In this document: positions 58,575 through 64,000 of the stretch, piece after piece
How positions within the stretch are numbered: position 1 is the stretch's first letter
Layout: every line of letters starts with the position of its first letter
Assembly: GCA_041641295.1 (NCBI GenBank)
Contig: JBEPYO010000001.1
Span: 224,001 to 288,000 of the forward strand
Direction of reading: 5' to 3'
Length of the DNA stretch: 64,000 nt
Source: Nitrososphaerota archaeon
Lineage (GTDB): Archaea > Thermoproteota > Nitrososphaeria_A > Caldarchaeales > Calditenuaceae
Notes under the pieces: model-generated
Databases searched by the model: none
Told to the model about the DNA's origin: nothing
Seen by the model: the letters and a program-made list of their open reading frames with translations, nothing else
Translations under genes and position numbers: made by a program

Positions 58575-59984
58575 TTGACAAGGCTACAGGAGGTTTTAGC
58601 CAAGGCGGCGGAGCTGGTAGAGCCCACTGAGCCGGAGAGGAGCCGCGTCTCTGAGCTGGCGGCCAAGCTCCTCTCAGCCTGTAGGCAGGAGTTCTTGGGA
58701 CGGGAAGGGGTGGTTGATGTCTCCATAGAAGGGTCGGTGGCAAAGGACACGTGGGTCAAGGGGAGGGAGGAGGTTGACGTCTTTATCCACTTCACACCCA
58801 GTGCGGGTAGGGAGAGGCTGGAGTCAACTATTCTGGAGCTGGGGCGCAGGGTTATTGAGGCGCTCGGCGGAAGGCACTGGCTCAGATACGCCAGCCATCC
58901 ATATGTTGAGGGCATGGTTGAGGGTATCCGCGTCAACATCGTCGGATGTTTCAAGACCGAGCCTGGCCGCTGGATTAGTGCCGTCGACAGAACCCACTAC
59001 CACACAGAGTTTGTAAGGTCGCGAATAACCCCCCAGCTCAGACGCGACATACGTCTCTTCAAGGGCTTCTTGATGGGGTGTGGACTTTACGGGGCGGAGA
59101 TCAGGGTTGAGGGCTTCAGCGGATATCTCTCAGAGCTCCTAGTCATTAGTCATGGCGGATTCGTCGAGTTGTTGAAGAAAGCCGCGGAATGGCGAATACC
59201 GGCTTTCGTCGACTTGACCGGTAGAGTCAGGCGTGAAGACGCGCTCAGGCTCTTCCCCAATGCCGCCCTTATATTCCCTGACCCAGTAGACCCCGCCCGA
59301 AACGTAGCAGCAGCCGTGAGCAAGACAAAGCTCGCAGAGCTAATTCTGGCGTCCAAGCTCTTCCTGAGAGAGCCAAGCATCCAATACTTCATGCCCGAAG
59401 CCCTCAAACCCCCATATGAGGGGGACTGGCGCGACAGCCACGAGCTCCTCGGAATCATCTTCCGAGTTGAGGAGCGGCCTCCTGACATACTTTGGGGGGA
59501 GATCAAGCACACCCTTAACGGGGTTTCGAGGCGGCTGGTGAAGGAGGGGTTTCAAGTCTACAGGGCAGCGGCCGCCCAGTCGGGCGAGGAGGTTCTTCTA
59601 CTCTTCGAGCTCTCGAGCCTCTCTCTTCCACCACTCGAGCTGCGGATGGGACCACCCGTCTGGCTTGACAACGCAATAGACTTTGTGAGGAAGACTCTCA
59701 GCAGGGAGGAGAGGGTTGCGGGACCGTGGGTAGATGGTGAGAGACTTTACGCCCTCTTCAGGAGGAAAAACGTCAACGCCGATGAACTATTGAGGGAGTG
59801 GATTAGGAGAGGGGAGGTAGCCATATCGCGCGAGTTGGCAGACAGTTTGAGGGAGGCTGAGATACTGACCAGTAGAAGCGGCCTAATCGACAGAATTAGA
59901 CATAGCGAGGATTTTAGAGTGTTTCTGAAAAACTTCCTCGACGGTGTAGCTACACCTCTCAGACACTTCGCGAAGAAATGCTAA
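58575..59984 (+). CDS. cca: Archaeal class I CCA-adding enzyme
   Basis: EGSVAKDTW...EVDVF, YASHPY, SAVDRT, YGAE...GFSGYLSELL, DPVDP.RNVAAA. Confidence 0.95.
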   Translation: MTRLQEVLAKAAELVEPTEPERSRVSELAAKLLSACRQEFLGREGVVDVSIEGSVAKDTWVKGREEVDVFIHFTPSAGRERLESTILELGRRVIEALGGRHWLRYASHPYVEGMVEGIRVNIVGCFKTEPGRWISAVDRTHYHTEFVRSRITPQLRRDIRLFKGFLMGCGLYGAEIRVEGFSGYLSELLVISHGGFVELLKKAAEWRIPAFVDLTGRVRREDALRLFPNAALIFPDPVDPARNVAAAVSKTKLAELILASKLFLREPSIQYFMPEALKPPYEGDWRDSHELLGIIFRVEERPPDILWGEIKHTLNGVSRRLVKEGFQVYRAAAAQSGEEVLLLFELSSLSLPPLELRMGPPVWLDNAIDFVRKTLSREERVAGPWVDGERLYALFRRKNVNADELLREWIRRGEVAISRELADSLREAEILTSRSGLIDRIRHSEDFRVFLKNFLDGVATPLRHFAKKC

Positions 59985-60706
59985 AGATCGAAGAACTGAG
60001 AAGAAATCACCACCTCTTGCTACAGCTCTCCTACCCATCTCCAGACCCCGACTACGCAGCGCTAGTGTTGGGAGCGCTCGAAGAGCTTGGTGTTGAGGCC
60101 CTGGAGCTGGAAAACCCTGAGAGACTGAGACTGATCGGTAAAGGGTTCAGAAATATTGTCTTGGTCGGGTTTAGAGGTATGGTGAGGGTGGCTCTTAAGG
60201 TGAGGAGACTCGACTATGCCGTTAAGTCAACCTTTCGTGAGGCGTATATGCTTGAACAGGCTAACAGGGTGGGTGTTGGCCCCAAGCTCTTAGGGCACAG
60301 AGATCCAGTCTTAGTCATGAGCCTAGTCGAGGGTGTAGACCTGACCAAGTGGCTACTCCACTCAAACCCACCCAGCAGTGCCGCCAGGCACACACTATTG
60401 GAAGTTGCGATGCAGTGCCACAGGCTCGACAGGGCTCGGATAGACCATAGAGAGCTGAGCGACGCAAGCAAGCATGTGATAGTCACGCAGGGTGGGCCTG
60501 TCATTATAGATTTCGGCTCAGCCGGATTTTCAAGCCGTCCAAAAAACCTGACCTCATTCATAAACTACATCAGCTCAAAAGAGCTTGAGAAGGTGAGGCG
60601 GGACCTCGGTCTGGGCTGGGTGGAGAGGCAGACCCTAAGGCGGTATAAGGAGACATATTCGGGTGAGGATTTCGAGGAACTCCTCTCAGAAATGAAGCTC
60701 CTCTGA
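59978..60706 (+). CDS. Archaeal Ser/Thr protein kinase-like protein, coupled to cca
   Basis: IGKG, ALKVRR, EA, GVGPKL, HRELS, IIDFG. Confidence 0.85.
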   Translation: MLKIEELRRNHHLLLQLSYPSPDPDYAALVLGALEELGVEALELENPERLRLIGKGFRNIVLVGFRGMVRVALKVRRLDYAVKSTFREAYMLEQANRVGVGPKLLGHRDPVLVMSLVEGVDLTKWLLHSNPPSSAARHTLLEVAMQCHRLDRARIDHRELSDASKHVIVTQGGPVIIDFGSAGFSSRPKNLTSFINYISSKELEKVRRDLGLGWVERQTLRRYKETYSGEDFEELLSEMKLL

Positions 60707-60791
60707 CTACTATGAGTCTCTTTTTTGGTGAAGGAGACTAACAGCTAAATAGGACGCTAGGTCATGGGTTTTCGAGGTGCCCTAATTTATT

Positions 60792-61709
60792 GTGTATCGC
60801 GTCCTGCGCAGAGGCGTTCTCCAAACCGTCGCGGATGCAGTTGGAAACACTCCGATAGTAGACCTTACAGAGCCACTCTCGATCAAGAATGGGTCAAGGG
60901 TCCTTGCTAAGTTAGAGTTTTTCAACCCTAGTGGCTCTGTCAAAGATAGACCCGCCCTATACATCGTCAGAGACGCTATAGCTCAGGGGCTGGTAACACC
61001 AAATATGACAATCCTTGACGCTTCATCCGGAAACATGGCTGTAAGCCTATCCCTGATGGCCGCCTGCTTCGGTCTAAAGACGAAGATAGTCGTCCCAGAA
61101 AACATCAGTCGAGAGAAGATAGGACTGCTCCGGATACTGGGCGCGGAGATAGTCTACACAGACCCGCTTGAGGGGATAGACGGCGCCATAAGGGAGGCGA
61201 GGAGGCTGGCAGAATCCGACCCCAAGAAATACTACTATTCAAACCAGTATGATAACCCCTCCAACGTCAGGGCCCACTATGAGACAACCGGGCCTGAGAT
61301 TATACGCCAGACGCGGGGCAGGGTAACCCACTTCGTGGCAGGCGTAGGGACTTCGGGAACCCTGATGGGGGCTGGCCAACGTCTACGCGAATATAACAAG
61401 AGGATAAAGATCATTGAGGTGCAGCCCGACGGCCCGCTCCACGGGATTGAGGGCCTCAAGCACATGGAGAGCTCGATAAAGCCGAAGATATACGATCCAT
61501 CCTTCGCGGATAGCCTGATACAGATCTCGACTGAAGAGGCTTACCAGCATTCTAAGCTCCTAGCATGTCGTGCGGGTGTTCTGGCGGGGCTGTCGGGGGG
61601 AGCAAACGTGGCAGCCGCGCTCCGAGTTGCACTAGAGAATCCGGGCTCTGTTGTCGTAACTCTGATCCCCGACGGCGCTGCCAGGTATGTAAACCTGCTG
61701 CTGGGCTGA
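60792..61709 (+). CDS. Cysteine synthase (PLP-dependent, CysK/CysM family)
   Basis: GNTP, KLEFFNPSGSVKDR, SSGN, NQYDNP.N, GVGTSGT. Confidence 0.93.
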   Translation: MYRVLRRGVLQTVADAVGNTPIVDLTEPLSIKNGSRVLAKLEFFNPSGSVKDRPALYIVRDAIAQGLVTPNMTILDASSGNMAVSLSLMAACFGLKTKIVVPENISREKIGLLRILGAEIVYTDPLEGIDGAIREARRLAESDPKKYYYSNQYDNPSNVRAHYETTGPEIIRQTRGRVTHFVAGVGTSGTLMGAGQRLREYNKRIKIIEVQPDGPLHGIEGLKHMESSIKPKIYDPSFADSLIQISTEEAYQHSKLLACRAGVLAGLSGGANVAAALRVALENPGSVVVTLIPDGAARYVNLLLG

Positions 61710-61750
61710 GAATGGTTTATAAGACTAAAGGTAGAACTGTTATTCCGGTA

Positions 61751-62458
61751 TTGCCGGTCAACGAGTCTATAGTTGTCTATGAGGAGGGGATGGAAGACTT
61801 CTATCTCGAAGACGCATCCCTAATTGAGGGTCTTCCTGGTATTGGTCTTGTTTCGAAAATCAGTGTAGCCTACATTTTGGGGAAGGTAAAGCCTGTAAAG
61901 CTTTGCAGGGTCTACTCGCCCCATTTCCCCTCTTATGGATTCATATCAGAGGGAAAACTCCTGCCACACTTTCTCGACATATACGCCGTTGAAGACCCTT
62001 CACCCACGCTGATAGTGTACGGCACCTCCCAGCCCTCAAGCAGCTACGGTCAGCACGAACTGTGTGGAAAGATAATAGATATAGCCGCCAAACACGGTGT
62101 TAGGCGCGTCTTCACACTCGGCGGCTTGGGTGGGAAGGAGGACGTAGCGCAGAGACGGAGGATATACTGCTCCTCAACCAGCAAAGCCTACCTCGAGAAG
62201 TACATGGGGCTCGTGGGAGGGGAGGTTTATGGTGGACAGATTGTAGGTGCTGCGGGGATAATGATGGTTATGGCGGGGCAGAGAGGCCTTGAAAACATGG
62301 GCATGCTGATTGAGATTGGAAATTCTATGCCGGACTATTATGCAGCCCAGAGGGGTGTAGAGGCTCTCTCAAAGCTTTGTTCGCTCGGATTAGAGGGGGT
62401 TGGGGTAAGCGAGCTAATAACCGTCTCGAGCAGGAGCATCGCTAGGCTTGAGGCATAA
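61751..62458 (+). CDS. PAC2 family proteasome assembly chaperone (second paralogue; probable start near 61751)
   Basis: IEGLPGIGLVSK, YSPHFP, QP, TLGG, IVGAAG, PD. Confidence 0.87.
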   Translation: MPVNESIVVYEEGMEDFYLEDASLIEGLPGIGLVSKISVAYILGKVKPVKLCRVYSPHFPSYGFISEGKLLPHFLDIYAVEDPSPTLIVYGTSQPSSSYGQHELCGKIIDIAAKHGVRRVFTLGGLGGKEDVAQRRRIYCSSTSKAYLEKYMGLVGGEVYGGQIVGAAGIMMVMAGQRGLENMGMLIEIGNSMPDYYAAQRGVEALSKLCSLGLEGVGVSELITVSSRSIARLEA

Positions 62459-62466
62459 AGAATGGC

Positions 62467-62889
62467 TCATCCTGTCTCGCGCTTCCACTCCTCCCAGATC
62501 CTCTGAATCCTCTCGGCTGCCGGTCCCGATCCCTCAATAACACCGTCCTTAGTCACCCTAATCCTATCCATCACAACTATCACCCCGGCCTCCCGTATGT
62601 ACCGTGCCATGTTCGGGAAAAGGGCGTTTATCCTTTCGAAGAGTGAGGTTAGGTCGGGGCCAGCCTCCACCACCTCGATCGTAGAGACGCTGCGGCCCGA
62701 GATGAAAATCCTTGAGACAGGCTTACCATCATCCGTCGTGGCGTCTACTAGCCATAGGCTGTAGTCTGTAGGATTATATGCCGCAACCCTCCCTGTAACC
62801 CTTCTCCCATTCGCCATTAAAACAGTCACAACTCTCTCAAGCACTGAGGCGAACTCCTCACCAAACTTTCTCGAAGCAAGCGCGGACAT
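62467..62889 (-). CDS. Lsm/Sm-like RNA-binding protein with C-terminal extension (SmAP3-type)
   Basis: Sm1/Sm2 motifs (G.V..Y...SLWL.DA; IFISG), then FP...YIREAGVIVVMDRIRVTKDGV..GSGPAAER. Confidence 0.88.
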   Translation of the reverse strand: MSALASRKFGEEFASVLERVVTVLMANGRRVTGRVAAYNPTDYSLWLVDATTDDGKPVSRIFISGRSVSTIEVVEAGPDLTSLFERINALFPNMARYIREAGVIVVMDRIRVTKDGVIEGSGPAAERIQRIWEEWKRETG

Positions 62890-62984
62890 AAAATATCTGA
62901 AAAAACATACAAAAGCCAGCATTTAAAGACTATCACCCCTCAAGGCAGCACAAGGGCTGTCTCGCCCAAATCCCCCGCCTACTC

Positions 62985-63680
62985 CTATCTGTTACCTGCC
63001 TCCACCAGCTCCAGCAGACATAGAATCCTAGAAGCGGCGACCCATGCATCCAGCGTGTGCTCAGAGAGCCTGACCTCCCTATGGGCGATCGATCTTATCT
63101 CTGGAGAAAAGTCTCCGTGGGGGAAACATCCTACTACAAAGACAGTTGGCTTAGGACTCTTAGAGAGCTCTTCCAGCACCCTCATCTCCACACGAACTCC
63201 GGTCTCTGAGAGGAGGACCACGCTCCCAGCCCCTAAGCCCCTCACCCAACTCTTGAGGTCCGAGTCCAATACGCGGAGCAGAACCTCACCTGCATCAGAC
63301 TCGATCACTTTCTCGGCCAGGAGCTTCTCAAAAAGACTTTTGAAGCGGTCATAATTTCTCGGGAGTCTAACCTTGGGGTTCACCCAGATCATGTGGCCTT
63401 GCTGGGTGTGAATGTATACCTCCAGCCTCTCAGCCTTGTTGAGCGGTGAGCCGAGAACCTCTAGGATAGTGAAGTGGAGTATGTCGGGCCGTCCCCTCCT
63501 TTCTCTCCCTGGAAGACCTCTCATCGCCGTATGATGGTATGAGGAGTCTAGTAGAGTCCTCGCAGGGCTCTTTCCCCTCCTTCGACAATAGGAGGCCACA
63601 GCCGGGTGGCTCCAGATCTCTCGAGGGATAAACTCGACCGCGGAGTCTGCGAGAAGAACTATGTATTTGGGAGTGGCCAG
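62985..63680 (-). CDS. nep1: Nep1/EMG1 16S rRNA pseudouridine N1-methyltransferase (probable CTG start at 63680)
   Basis: LLDSSYHH.AM, RGRPDILH, SPLN, RLPRNY.RF, GCFPHGDF; conserved N-terminus IVLLADSAVEFIPREIWSHP lies upstream of 63599. Confidence 0.93.
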   Translation of the reverse strand: MATPKYIVLLADSAVEFIPREIWSHPAVASYCRRRGKSPARTLLDSSYHHTAMRGLPGRERRGRPDILHFTILEVLGSPLNKAERLEVYIHTQQGHMIWVNPKVRLPRNYDRFKSLFEKLLAEKVIESDAGEVLLRVLDSDLKSWVRGLGAGSVVLLSETGVRVEMRVLEELSKSPKPTVFVVGCFPHGDFSPEIRSIAHREVRLSEHTLDAWVAASRILCLLELVEAGNR

Positions 63681-63720
63681 CTTGCACTCACACTCTTAAA
63701 ACAAACCTACGAGTAGATGG

Positions 63721-63999
63721 CTAGTCGACCCTCGCCCCTTCAACTCCGTCGAGAGCGCAGAGCGCTGCACCATATAGTGGTGCAAGATCTCCGTGTACTG
63801 GCTTGGCTATGCGGGGCTTATCGAGTAGAAGGAACTTGTCTATACGTGGAAATACCTCGCTTTGGAAGAAGGTCTCGTGCCCGAGATAGATGGCCCCACC
63901 TATCACCAATACTTCCGCGTCGAAGGCGTTGATTACACCTGCGAATCCTGCAGCGTAAAAGTCCTTTAGCAGCTCAAACAGCCCCAAGGCCGCCCTGTC
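63721..63999 (-). CDS. ROK-family sugar kinase (glucokinase-like), 3' part, truncated by the window edge
   Basis: AGVINAFDAEVLVIGGAI...GDLAPLYGAA ROK C-terminal motifs. Confidence 0.8.
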   Translation of the reverse strand, partial: DRAALGLFELLKDFYAAGFAGVINAFDAEVLVIGGAIYLGHETFFQSEVFPRIDKFLLLDKPRIAKPVHGDLAPLYGAALCALDGVEGARVD

Positions 64000-64000
64000 T

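Overview
Gene-dense archaeal chromosome segment of moderate GC. It has GGTGA/GAGGTG ribosome-binding sites, many GTG/TTG starts, BHB-intron tRNA genes, an archaeal CCA-adding enzyme, PAC2 chaperones, Nep1 and SmAP3-type Lsm. Gene content suggests an aerobic, thermophilic TACK archaeon, most likely Aigarchaeota/Caldarchaeales-like (inference). The window contains: an acyl-CoA/lipid catabolism cluster (thiolase, DUF35, 3-hydroxyacyl-CoA dehydrogenase, ETF, ThDP enzyme, ADH, SCP2); dispersed A-ATPase B/D, SdhA and SucC genes; a three-ORF archaeal glutamate synthase; His/Met/Val tRNA synthetases; a cdrS-ftsZ pair; an F420-type sugar-phosphate dehydrogenase operon with 6-phosphogluconate dehydrogenase; cofE; aguBA; KDG aldolase and kinase; and four tRNA genes, one with two introns. 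Elements missing from the ORF track include a C/D-box sRNA, a CdrS-like RHH gene, a small ORF after atpD, and probable non-canonical (CTG, possibly CTC) starts for sdhA, gltB1/3, nep1 and metG. The strongest candidates for something new are a putative F420-dependent oxidative pentose phosphate operon and the recurrent non-canonical initiation. No CRISPR array, integrase or transposase was seen. All product calls come from motif recognition only; no database search was run.
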